DNA from: Oligoflexus sp.
Lineage (GTDB): Bacteria > Bdellovibrionota_B > Oligoflexia > Oligoflexales > Oligoflexaceae
Reading direction: 5' to 3'
NCBI GenBank assembly: GCA_041736305.1
Contig: JBGSTX010000278.1
Location: forward strand, 1 to 21,129
Length of the DNA stretch: 21,129 nt
The stretch's first letter is position 1. The number at the start of each line of letters is the position of its first letter. The position numbers and the translations under genes are program-made. Shown here one piece after another: positions 1 to 8,041 of this stretch. The notes under the pieces are model-generated. The model was not told the origin of the DNA and made no database searches. It worked only from the letters and a program-made list of their open reading frames with translations.

Positions 1-1703
1 AGGCGAGGGCAATGGATGATGTCGGTGCAAAGATCCCGGAGATGCTCGTCTTTTTCATCTCCGATTGCGATGACCTGTCCCTCGCGTGCCCTGATCTCTT
101 CAATATTAGAGATAGATTTTTCGTAGTAATGATCTTTCGGTACTAGCGCGACAATTGGCATGTGTCGGTCAACCAGGGCAATTGGACCGTGCTTCAGCTC
201 ACCAGCGGCATAACCCTCGGCGTGAATATAAGAAATTTCTTTGAGCTTGAGGGCTCCCTCGAGGGCGATTACGAAACTTGGGCCGCGGCCGATATAGAGA
301 AAATTGGGATGCTCGTAGAGCTTGGCGGCAAGCTCCGCAACGTGCTCTTCGACGTTGAGAGCTTGATCCATATAGAGCGGAAGAGTCTGGAGCTCCTTAA
401 ATATTTGATCCCAGCTAGCTGCGGGTAGGCGATTTAGCTCTTCGGCTGCGGCCAAAGTCCAAAGGTATGCGCAGAGGACCTGCGAAGTGAAGGCTTTGGT
501 CGAAGCTACACCTATCTCAGGGCCGGCCTGCATAAGTATACTGCCATGACTTTCACGATGGATACTGGAGTAGGCGACGTTGCAGATGCTAAAAATTTGA
601 CAGCCTTTTTCCTTCGCGTGCTTCAGACAGGCCAGAGTATCGGCTGTCTCGCCTGACTGCGAAACTGCGATGACAAGCGTCTGTCCGGAGCCTAGCAGGA
701 GAGGGTCTCGGTAGCGAAATTCGCTGGCTAACTCGACATTTACCGGTACTCCGAGAGCTGGTTCCATAAAATAGCGAGCAACCATGGCCGCGTAGTAGGC
801 TGTCCCGCAGGCAACCAGGTGAATACTTTTCACCTTCTTGATATCGAGCTGAGCTAGACCCAGGGCTTCATGATCGAGAGTCTGATCTTTGATGAAGGCT
901 TGAATCGTCTTAGATATTACGCCCGGCTGCTCATGAATCTCTTTGAGCATGTAGTGCCGGTAACCTTGCTTGTCCGCGCTCCCGGGGCTCCACTGCACCA
1001 AGGTCGTCTTCGGCTGGATTTCATCTCCAGCGCGATTCCACAGCTGCACACCGGTGCGGCTGATCGCTGCGCATTCCCCATCGTGCAGGAAGACGGCTTT
1101 CTGCGTATAAGAGCAAAAGGCTGTTACATCGCTACCGAAAAAGTTTTCTCCTTGTCCGAGTCCAATCACCAGCGGAGAACCCTGCTTGGCAAGGTAGATA
1201 TGATCTTCATCCTGATCGCTGAGGAGGGCGAGGGAAAAAGCTCCTTCGAGCCGCTCGATCGTCCTATTGAGAGCTTCGCGTGGCGCATGGCCGCTCTTTA
1301 TTTCCTGGCTGATCAGATGGGCCACGACTTCGGTGTCCGTGTCGGATTGGAAGGCGATGCCTTTTTTTAGCAGCTCAGATTTAAGTTCTTTATAATTCTC
1401 TATGATCCCGTTGTGGATGAGAGCAAGCCGATCCGCTACATGGGGATGAGCATTGCCCCGAGTTGGAAGACCATGCGTGGCCCAGCGGGTGTGCCCGATA
1501 CCAATCTGAGCTTGACCGGGAAGTTGCTGGAGAGAGGGCCGAAGATTTTCGAGTTTGCCTGCCTCTTTGCTAATGGCAATTTTGCCCTCATGGAGTACGG
1601 CGATCCCGGCCGAATCATAGCCGCGATATTCGAGCTTTTGAAGACCTTCGAACACGATGTCGAGGCAGCGTTTCGAACCGATATAACCGATTATCCCACA
1701 CAT
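1..1703 (-). CDS. glmS: Glutamine--fructose-6-phosphate transaminase (isomerizing); 3' end runs off the window
   Basis: Read manually from ATG at 1703: MCGIIGYIG...GLQKLEYRGYDSAG (N-terminal catalytic Cys motif), GHTRWATHG, SQSGETADT and EIGVASTKAFT. SD AGAGGA at 1718-1713. Still in frame at base 1. Confidence 0.97.
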   Translation of the reverse strand, partial: MCGIIGYIGSKRCLDIVFEGLQKLEYRGYDSAGIAVLHEGKIAISKEAGKLENLRPSLQQLPGQAQIGIGHTRWATHGLPTRGNAHPHVADRLALIHNGIIENYKELKSELLKKGIAFQSDTDTEVVAHLISQEIKSGHAPREALNRTIERLEGAFSLALLSDQDEDHIYLAKQGSPLVIGLGQGENFFGSDVTAFCSYTQKAVFLHDGECAAISRTGVQLWNRAGDEIQPKTTLVQWSPGSADKQGYRHYMLKEIHEQPGVISKTIQAFIKDQTLDHEALGLAQLDIKKVKSIHLVACGTAYYAAMVARYFMEPALGVPVNVELASEFRYRDPLLLGSGQTLVIAVSQSGETADTLACLKHAKEKGCQIFSICNVAYSSIHRESHGSILMQAGPEIGVASTKAFTSQVLCAYLWTLAAAEELNRLPAASWDQIFKELQTLPLYMDQALNVEEHVAELAAKLYEHPNFLYIGRGPSFVIALEGALKLKEISYIHAEGYAAGELKHGPIALVDRHMPIVALVPKDHYYEKSISNIEEIRAREGQVIAIGDEKDEHLRDLCTDIIHCPR

Positions 1704-1716
1704 AGGCAAAAATCCT

Positions 1717-2748
1717 CTACTCGGGTTGCAGCCGTACGGTTCCAGGAGGAACTGTTGTGCCAGCTGGAATGATTACATTTTTCAAAAGCACATGACTACC
1801 TAACTTGCAGCCGTCGCCTATCCGTGTCCTGCCTAGCAGGCTGCAGTTTGGCCCAATATCGAGATCCCCACCTAATACCACGCTATCTTCAATGTAAGTC
1901 GTATCCGGGAGGCGAAAGGTAACGCCTTCGCGCATCCAGCGGTCTTTAGCTCGACGCTGGAGTCTGGTCTCGAGCTTGGCCAGTTGCTGCCTGTCGTTGA
2001 TACCATCGAATGCTTCATATTGATCGCTCGTGAAAACATCGGCCGGCACGCCCGCTTTTCGGGAGAGCTGAAAACAGTCGGTGAGATAATACTCTTTTTG
2101 GGCATTCTCTGGCTGGAGGTCCCTCAGGAGTTCGAAAAGATGGCTACTTTCCGCGTAGATAACCCCCGAGTTGCAAAGGCCGATTTCTTTCTCCCGAGGG
2201 CTGGCGTCTTTCTCCTCTATTATGCCTTGAAGCAGACCTTTTTCATCGGTGACGATGCGACCATATCCAAAGGGTTGTGGATGCTGCATAGCTAGGACAG
2301 CCAGGCGACTTTTTCGATCCCTGCAGAACGCGAGAAATGCACTTAGAATCGAGCTTTCCAAAGCTGGAGTATCCCCAGCGCAAATGAAAACATGTGAACA
2401 GTCTAGCTTTTGGCCGCTAATATGACGCCCCTTGGCGTAGCCGGGCAAGAGGACGTTTTTCAGGCCATAAGCTGCACAGGCGACTGCCTCACCCGTGCCG
2501 AGGCGGGCTAGCTGTTCCGTTAGAGTGATAGGTCCAAAGTTCGCCAGATAGGATTCAAGGGGAGCCAGTTCACCGCCGATCACAGCACAGATTTTCTCGA
2601 TCCCGACATCTTTTATAGACCTAATGACGTGGCCTATCATGGGGGTACCAGATAAGGGATGCAGGACTTTAGGAAGCGCGCTCTTCATTCGCGTTCCTTT
2701 GCCTGCGGCCAAAACGATGGCTGCGACTGAGCTCGTCTGCTCATCCAT
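1717..2748 (-). CDS. glmU: GlmU-like N-acetylglucosamine-1-phosphate uridyltransferase with a truncated left-handed beta-helix (343 aa)
   Basis: LAAGKGTRMKSALPKVLH, GTG, GDTP, GYGRI, EEKDA, NAQKEYYLTD and GIND motifs. Directly upstream of glmS. SD AAGGAG upstream of the ATG. Confidence 0.9.
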   Translation of the reverse strand: MDEQTSSVAAIVLAAGKGTRMKSALPKVLHPLSGTPMIGHVIRSIKDVGIEKICAVIGGELAPLESYLANFGPITLTEQLARLGTGEAVACAAYGLKNVLLPGYAKGRHISGQKLDCSHVFICAGDTPALESSILSAFLAFCRDRKSRLAVLAMQHPQPFGYGRIVTDEKGLLQGIIEEKDASPREKEIGLCNSGVIYAESSHLFELLRDLQPENAQKEYYLTDCFQLSRKAGVPADVFTSDQYEAFDGINDRQQLAKLETRLQRRAKDRWMREGVTFRLPDTTYIEDSVVLGGDLDIGPNCSLLGRTRIGDGCKLGSHVLLKNVIIPAGTTVPPGTVRLQPE

Positions 2749-2819
2749 GACTCTGCTCCTTTGATGCTCGAGGACAATTTGTCTTTATACGGATTTTTAA
2801 GAAGGCTCGCTAGCGGCGG

Positions 2820-2847
2820 TTGACAAACCCGGAAAAAGCCGCACACT
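2820..2847 (+). promoter_or_regulatory. Putative sigma70 promoter for the NfuA-like/HEAT genes
   Basis: Perfect TTGACA at 2820-2825, 16-nt spacer, weak -10 CACACT at 2842-2847. Confidence 0.45.
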
Positions 2848-2853
2848 ACGGAA

Positions 2854-2926
2854 GCGGCCTTGATTTAGAGGATTACCCGCGCCAAAAGGCGGATCCTCAA
2901 GCGAGATAATTTGATAAAAGGGCCGC
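2854..2926 (+). other. Structured 5' leader (nested stem-loop)
   Basis: GCGGCCTT 2854-2861 pairs with AGGGCCGC 2919-2926. GAGGAT 2868-2873 pairs with ATCCTC 2893-2898. Apical CGCC-AAAA-GGCG at 2880-2891. Confidence 0.5.
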
Positions 2927-2940
2927 GGCAAGGACGAACA

Positions 2941-3366
2941 ATGGCCTTACGATTACCAGCGGTCTCCGTAAATCAGACAGCTGAGGGCAGCTGGAGAGCT
3001 TTGCACGAACCTTCGGGACGGCAGACCGAGGGAGCGAGCTCAGACGAGGCCATCGAAGCTATGCAGCTCTTGCTCGGATTTGATGAGCAGGGGAGTTCCG
3101 GCGAACCCACGACGAGCGATCGCTTCGACGGCACTGCCAAAGAACTAGCCGTCTATCTGGAAGGCCCTGTTTCGAACATGCTTGCACTTCACGCCGGTTA
3201 TGCAAGACTTGAAGCTTATCAGGATGGGATAGCTACGATTCGCCTAGGAGGCGGTTGTGAGGGTTGTCCATCATCGCGAATTACCTTGATGAATGGGGTA
3301 AAGCGTGATCTACAGGACACGTTTGGTGAAACGGTCGTGATGGATGTCTTCCCGGTCCTCGATTAA
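2941..3366 (+). CDS. NifU/NfuA C-terminal domain protein (putative Fe-S carrier) with a HicB-like N-terminal module
   Basis: IRLGGGCEGCPSSRITLMNGV matches the NifU-C CxxC motif. ATG 2941 with SD AAGGA (2930-2934) is preferred over TTG 2911. Confidence 0.8.
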   Translation: MALRLPAVSVNQTAEGSWRALHEPSGRQTEGASSDEAIEAMQLLLGFDEQGSSGEPTTSDRFDGTAKELAVYLEGPVSNMLALHAGYARLEAYQDGIATIRLGGGCEGCPSSRITLMNGVKRDLQDTFGETVVMDVFPVLD

Positions 3367-3397
3367 TACGGGATTTTGCTGGATAGGATGAGAAATC

Positions 3398-4144
3398 ATG
3401 GGTTTGTTGGCGCGCATCTCCGAGTACCTTTCCACGCGGCGAGCTAAACGCATTGAACGAGCCGGTAAGATTGTGAAAAATGCCAAAGCTATTCGTGACG
3501 ACCGCTGGGCAGCCCTACAGTTTCTCGCCGAGGACCTCAATGATGCCGATCAAGCCATCCCGCAGCTCTTGCCGCGCTTTGAATACAGCCTCGAACACGG
3601 AATTAACGACACTCGTGAGAAAGAGCTGGCTCTGAAGGGTATCGCCCGTTTTAAAGAGGCGTCCATTCCCTACCTGAAAAATTGGCTTCAAAGCACGAGC
3701 CGCATAGCCTGGCCGATTAAGGTTCTCAAAGAGCTCGGTCAAGACGAAGTTGTTATTGAGTCGCTCAAGAGCGCCCTCAATTTCAAAGAGGTTTCGTTCG
3801 ATCAAGGGGCCGTGGATAAGAACTATGACATCCTCTGTTATCTACGGGAATATCAGCTTCCCGATTACATCGATCAGATAAAGCACTTTTTAAACGATGC
3901 TGACGAACGGGTCCGCTTTGCTGCAGCTGAACTTATGATTGCGCAGAAAAGCGAAGCTATTCGCGAGAGCTTGAGTCCTTTTTTAGCGGATTCATCGTCC
4001 GAAAATCGCCGGGTTCGCCAGGGCGTTATCCAAGCTTTCGTCGATCGTGGATGGAAGGTGCCTAATGTCGAAGATTTTCCGGGTGGCCGAGTCACCGATG
4101 GGGTTTATGTCAATTCCCAAGGCTTTATTGAGCTGAGAGCCTAA
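3398..4144 (+). CDS. HEAT-repeat domain protein
   Basis: 248 aa alpha-helical ORF with HEAT-like segments FLNDADERVRFAAAELM and FLADSSSENRRVRQGVIQAF. Confidence 0.75.
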   Translation: MGLLARISEYLSTRRAKRIERAGKIVKNAKAIRDDRWAALQFLAEDLNDADQAIPQLLPRFEYSLEHGINDTREKELALKGIARFKEASIPYLKNWLQSTSRIAWPIKVLKELGQDEVVIESLKSALNFKEVSFDQGAVDKNYDILCYLREYQLPDYIDQIKHFLNDADERVRFAAAELMIAQKSEAIRESLSPFLADSSSENRRVRQGVIQAFVDRGWKVPNVEDFPGGRVTDGVYVNSQGFIELRA

Positions 4145-4515
4145 GTTTTTGCTGTGAAAAAACCCAGCTGAATTCCACCTGGGTCTTCAACTAAGACCGT
4201 TCTACCATAGCCTGGAAGCAGGCGAGGGCCCGCTACTAGTTTTCCCCCGGCTCTGAGAACTTTCTCAAGCAGTTCCTCTAAAGAATCCCAGCTGAAATAA
4301 GGAACCAGAGTCTGTCGGGCAGAATGCTCAGCGGGCGCAGAGATAAGGCTGACCCCATAGGGACTATCGCTCGGTACCTCGAGGACAGTATATTCCTGTA
4401 AGGCCATCGGCAGAGGAGGCCAGCCGAAAATGTCACGAAAAAAATCTAGGGAAGCTTCCAATCTTTGGCTGTGAAATTCAAGCTGACAAAGAGCTCTGGT
4501 CGACATGGGCTCCAT
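4141..4515 (-). CDS. VOC (glyoxalase/bleomycin-resistance fold) family protein
   Basis: LEASLDFFRDIFGW, LEKVLRAGGKLVAGP and GRTVLVEDPGGIQLG are typical VOC segments. Its stop overlaps the convergent HEAT gene stop by 4 nt. Confidence 0.85.
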   Translation of the reverse strand: MEPMSTRALCQLEFHSQRLEASLDFFRDIFGWPPLPMALQEYTVLEVPSDSPYGVSLISAPAEHSARQTLVPYFSWDSLEELLEKVLRAGGKLVAGPRLLPGYGRTVLVEDPGGIQLGFFTAKT

Positions 4516-4543
4516 TTTTACCTCTGTAAACGGGAAAGCCTCC

Positions 4544-5662
4544 TCAGCTCAACGAGCGAGGGATGCCGGGATTGAGCTGGGTCACGATTTCATAGTGTAT
4601 CGTATCGGCCCATTCTGCGAGGTGACTAGCCTCAATAATTTCTAAGCCATCGCGGCCGATGAGAGTCACCTCTTCCTCTAGCTTTAAATCGCTCAGATGA
4701 GACACATCGACCATCATCATGTTCATACAGACGCGACCAACGATAGGGCAGCGCTGCCCTTGGATCAAAACGTGTCCCCTATTGCTGGCGAGGCGAGGGT
4801 AGCCTTCATAGTAGCCTAAAGGTAAAACAGCGATCTGCATGGGCCTCAGGGCTTTGTAGCTGCATCCGTAGCCGATATACTGGCCCGCTTCGACGTTTTT
4901 CAAAATGGCTATTTCGCTTTTCCACGTCAGCACCGGCTTCAGATCTATCATGGAACCATAGCTCTGCAAGAACGATAGCTGCGTGGCACGAGATGGCCAT
5001 AATCCGTAGCTGGAGATTCCCACCCTGACCATAGCCATGCGGCTAGCCTGCATCAAGAGAGCTGACGAACTTGCGGCCATGTGCGGTAGAAGATTGAAAC
5101 CCAAGTCTTTCGTCCGCTGAAAGACTTTCATAAAGCGCTCGAGCTGCTGGTTAGCAAAAGTTTGTTCGAGAACATCTTCAACGTTGGAAAAATGGCTGCA
5201 AATGCCGAGCAGCTGAGCCTGATGGGGTTTGAGTAGAGGCAGTATCGATTCAGCCTCCTCTGGCCGGAATCCCTGCCGCGACATGCCCGTATCTATCTTG
5301 AGGTGCGCTCTAGGGCGTGAGCTGCTAGGGGTCATGCACCAGGTCTTGAGGATATGAATCTCTGTGAGAAAAATGTCGGCGCTTAGCTCGGCAGCATAGC
5401 TGAGAGAATCGGGGCGAACGGGCCCCACGACCATGATGTTGCCCTTGAAGCCGAGCTTTCTTAGTTCGCTCGCCTCAGAGAGATAATTAACGGCTAAGGT
5501 GGAGGGCGCAAGGCTGGCAAGAGCCAAATAGACTTCCCGCAGCCCATGACCATAGGCATTGGACTTCACGACGGGGACCACTTCGGTATCCCCTACTAAA
5601 CTTTGAAACACCTGATAATTATGTCTAAGAGCCGCGGCATCGAGTTGGATCGAACAACGCAC
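4544..5662 (-). CDS. alr: Alanine racemase
   Basis: VVKSNAYGHG (PLP lysine), HLKIDTGMSRQG, SHF, VRVGI, IGYG (catalytic Tyr) and IVGRVCMN. GTG start. Confidence 0.96.
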   Translation of the reverse strand: MRCSIQLDAAALRHNYQVFQSLVGDTEVVPVVKSNAYGHGLREVYLALASLAPSTLAVNYLSEASELRKLGFKGNIMVVGPVRPDSLSYAAELSADIFLTEIHILKTWCMTPSSSRPRAHLKIDTGMSRQGFRPEEAESILPLLKPHQAQLLGICSHFSNVEDVLEQTFANQQLERFMKVFQRTKDLGFNLLPHMAASSSALLMQASRMAMVRVGISSYGLWPSRATQLSFLQSYGSMIDLKPVLTWKSEIAILKNVEAGQYIGYGCSYKALRPMQIAVLPLGYYEGYPRLASNRGHVLIQGQRCPIVGRVCMNMMMVDVSHLSDLKLEEEVTLIGRDGLEIIEASHLAEWADTIHYEIVTQLNPGIPRSLS

Positions 5663-5672
5663 GATCTTTCCT

Positions 5673-6869
5673 TTAACGTTGACCTACGAGCTGTAGCGGC
5701 TTGATATCCCGGCGAGCCGGTGAGCTCGGGTCCATGGGGAGCGGATAGCTTACCTTTTTCAGTCGAGAATTGCACGGTTCGACCGTTGCCGTCTGCAGAA
5801 CTCCTACTGCTAGCCCCTGAGGGCTGCTTCGGCTGATCAGGCCGACGTCCCGCTGACAGGAGCTGAAAGTGTTGACGACGAGCTTGCTACCATTCCGAGG
5901 AGAGACCTGATAGCTACTAGGTCGTATGATGCGAAGGGGAACAGTATCCATGCGAGCAAGGGTTTTGAGAGTCTGCTTCTTATTCAAGAAAAGACCTTCC
6001 TCCCAGCTGGTCCAGGTCCTTTCGGCTTCGGGGGCTCCACAGCTCATGGAGGGAAAATGAGCGACCAGCATCGAAATTTCGAGGACTGAGCCTCTTTCTT
6101 TTCTCACGATCCCTATGGGAGCTTCATCGCAAGCCCGCAGATAGGAAACGTGAAAGTAGCGCTCGTGCATCTGGCTAGGTTTCGTACTTGAGGCGCGAGG
6201 TTTTAGTAGCCTGACCGGTACCCGTCGAAGAGTATAAGAGGGAGCCGAAGTTCGCTCTGGATTGGTCCCGATAAACCCTGGGTTTTTTATGGGTGACACG
6301 TCCAGGCCCATGACGCTGTATACTTTAGAACTCCGATTGCAAGTCGCCCTTCGATCTTTCGAAAGACTGCTTTCGAGAACGCCAAAGCTCAAGCCTTGGC
6401 TGTTGTTCATCACCAGCATGCCCAAAGCCTCACCACATTGCGAAGTGTAGATCGCGTGAACTCCTTCGCCCCTGGAGCTGCGCTCGCTGTGGATGTTGTC
6501 CAGGGCAAGCGCTGACAAGACTTGAGGCTCATCGCTAGGATTGAGCGAGCTGACAGCTGCGAAACGATCAGCGCTAAGCAGTGGTAATTTTACATTGTGA
6601 AAAGCTTTTAAACCGAGGCAACGTGCGTGGTCGCGCTGGGCCACCGCTGCTACTTTGAGTTCGCCGGCTTGTCCGGCTCTATAGAGGAAACCCGCAAAGC
6701 GACTGCCACAAGGGACTGTGTAGGAGGCATAGATTTGCTTATCTTTGCTGAAATGAAGGCGAACTGCTTCAAGTTCGAAACCGTAGGTGCTCTTGGCGAA
6801 AAGAGCGGGCGTAGATAGAGCCAAATAAAGGCTTAGCAGCCAGATAATACGGGACGAGGGAGTTTGCAT
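5673..6869 (-). CDS. Secreted hypothetical protein with four Cys-pair beta-rich repeats
   Basis: 398 aa ORF with signal peptide (RIIWLLSLYLALSTPALFA) and SD AAGGA. It ends 10 nt before alr. Eight Cys fall in four similarly spaced pairs. Confidence 0.75.
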   Translation of the reverse strand: MQTPSSRIIWLLSLYLALSTPALFAKSTYGFELEAVRLHFSKDKQIYASYTVPCGSRFAGFLYRAGQAGELKVAAVAQRDHARCLGLKAFHNVKLPLLSADRFAAVSSLNPSDEPQVLSALALDNIHSERSSRGEGVHAIYTSQCGEALGMLVMNNSQGLSFGVLESSLSKDRRATCNRSSKVYSVMGLDVSPIKNPGFIGTNPERTSAPSYTLRRVPVRLLKPRASSTKPSQMHERYFHVSYLRACDEAPIGIVRKERGSVLEISMLVAHFPSMSCGAPEAERTWTSWEEGLFLNKKQTLKTLARMDTVPLRIIRPSSYQVSPRNGSKLVVNTFSSCQRDVGLISRSSPQGLAVGVLQTATVEPCNSRLKKVSYPLPMDPSSPARRDIKPLQLVGQR

Positions 6870-6987
6870 GGCCTGTCCTTAGTGTCGTTTTGGCATTTTT
6901 AGGCTTTTAAGAGAGGTATTGCAAGCTAAATCGGCGTGTTTTATGCGGATATTTGACTGGTAAAGCGTGAGGATTTTTCCATAGACC

Positions 6988-7016
6988 TTGCAAGCCCTTA
7001 GGTGTTCTGCTAGATT
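6988..7016 (+). promoter_or_regulatory. Putative sigma70 promoter of the rpmH operon
   Basis: TTGCAA (6988-6993), 17-nt spacer, TAGATT (7011-7016) with an extended -10 TGn. Confidence 0.6.
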
Positions 7017-7116
7017 CTCGCGGCTGTCCCATCACTGAGTCCCTTAAAAGAATGGCGGCTCATTCGTCAATAACTGGTTATTTGAAGTTGGTTCAGCGTT
7101 TTGAGGAGAAAGAAAA

Positions 7117-7266
7117 ATGAAACGTACTTTCCAGCCTAGTAATTTGAAGCGCAAGCGCACCCACGGTTTCCGGACTCGGATGGAATCCCCTGGAGGCCGT
7201 AACGTGCTCCGCCGTCGCCGCGCCAAAGGCCGCAAGCGTTTAGTACCAACGATTTATCAGAAATAA
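7117..7266 (+). CDS. rpmH: 50S ribosomal protein L34 (49 aa)
   Basis: Read manually: [57 protein letters not shown] upstream. Confidence 0.98.
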   Translation: MKRTFQPSNLKRKRTHGFRTRMESPGGRNVLRRRRAKGRKRLVPTIYQK

Positions 7267-7305
7267 TTCGTGAACATACTGGAGAGACAGACTCCAGAGG
7301 TGTCC

Positions 7306-7764
7306 ATGTTGGCGTTTCCTAAACAGCAGCGTTTGCTTCGCCGGGTTGAGTTCAGCCGAACGATGAACGAGGGCATGAAGATTGTCACGCCTCACATGGT
7401 TCTCATTGCTAGACTCTCGGGTGAAGAGCTTACGCGTGCTGGCTTCATCGTTTCAAAAAAAGTTGGCGGTGCGGTCGAACGGAATCGCGTGAAGCGACGC
7501 TTTCGAGAACTTTTTCGAAATGAGCAGCAGAAGCCTTCGGGTCTCGACCTCGTCATCATCGCCAGAGGGCAGGCTCTTCCAGCCAGCTATGAAGAGCTTG
7601 CGCGATCTATGAGCGAAGGGTTCAAGAGACTCCAGGTTTGGATGGATCGCGAATCAAAGGGTAAACTAAGTGCTGCTCCCATGCTTTCCGAAGAAGGTTT
7701 TCGGATTCCATTTCGCACGCCTGACATTTCATCCCCGACACGAAATCCTACGGTAGACCTGTGA
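7306..7764 (+). CDS. rnpA: Ribonuclease P protein component with a C-terminal extension
   Basis: FPKQQRLLRRVEF, RAGFIVSKKVGGAVERNRVKRRFRE (RNR motif) and DLVIIAR. ATG 7306 with SD GAGGTG is preferred over GTG 7270. Confidence 0.95.
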   Translation: MLAFPKQQRLLRRVEFSRTMNEGMKIVTPHMVLIARLSGEELTRAGFIVSKKVGGAVERNRVKRRFRELFRNEQQKPSGLDLVIIARGQALPASYEELARSMSEGFKRLQVWMDRESKGKLSAAPMLSEEGFRIPFRTPDISSPTRNPTVDL

Positions 7765-7816
7765 AGCTTCGGCTCGGTGACGAGCGGGACGATCCCATTT
7801 TTAGGATGCAAGTTTG

Positions 7817-8041
7817 ATGGTCGGACATTGCTTTATACGGCTTATCAGGCTCTATCAGCTCTGCCTGGCCCCTTTTTTGGGACAGCGCTGCCGCTTTTAT
7901 CCAAGCTGTTCTCGCTATGCCATTGGTTGCCTGGAAATTTATCCTTTCACCATCGCGTTGAAAAAAATAAGCTGGCGTCTCTTAAGATGTAATCCCTGGA
8001 ATCCCGGAGGAGTTGACGAGCCGTCAATGACCCGTCCCTAG
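7817..8041 (+). CDS. yidD: Membrane protein insertion efficiency factor YidD
   Basis: IRLYQ, CRFYPSCSRYA and RLLRCNPWNPGGVD, located between rnpA and yidC. Start is ATG 7817 or TTG 7814. Confidence 0.95.
   Translation: MVGHCFIRLIRLYQLCLAPFLGQRCRFYPSCSRYAIGCLEIYPFTIALKKISWRLLRCNPWNPGGVDEPSMTRP

Noticed and set aside
1691..1700. TTATCCCACA, resembling a DnaA box
   Set aside because: It has an extra base, is isolated, and is explained by the glmS codons for C-G-I-I on the minus strand.
162..2295. Plus-strand ORFs of 88-166 aa
   Set aside because: Antisense shadows of glmS and glmU with no recognisable motifs.
2749..2940. Possible glmS ribozyme upstream of glmU-glmS
   Set aside because: The minus strand lacks the AGCGC...GACGAGG core, and the glmU-glmS gap is only 13 nt.
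6870..7116. Possible oriC upstream of rpmH
   Set aside because: No dnaA is adjacent. I saw only a two-mismatch box (TTTTCCATA) and no AT-rich unwinding element.
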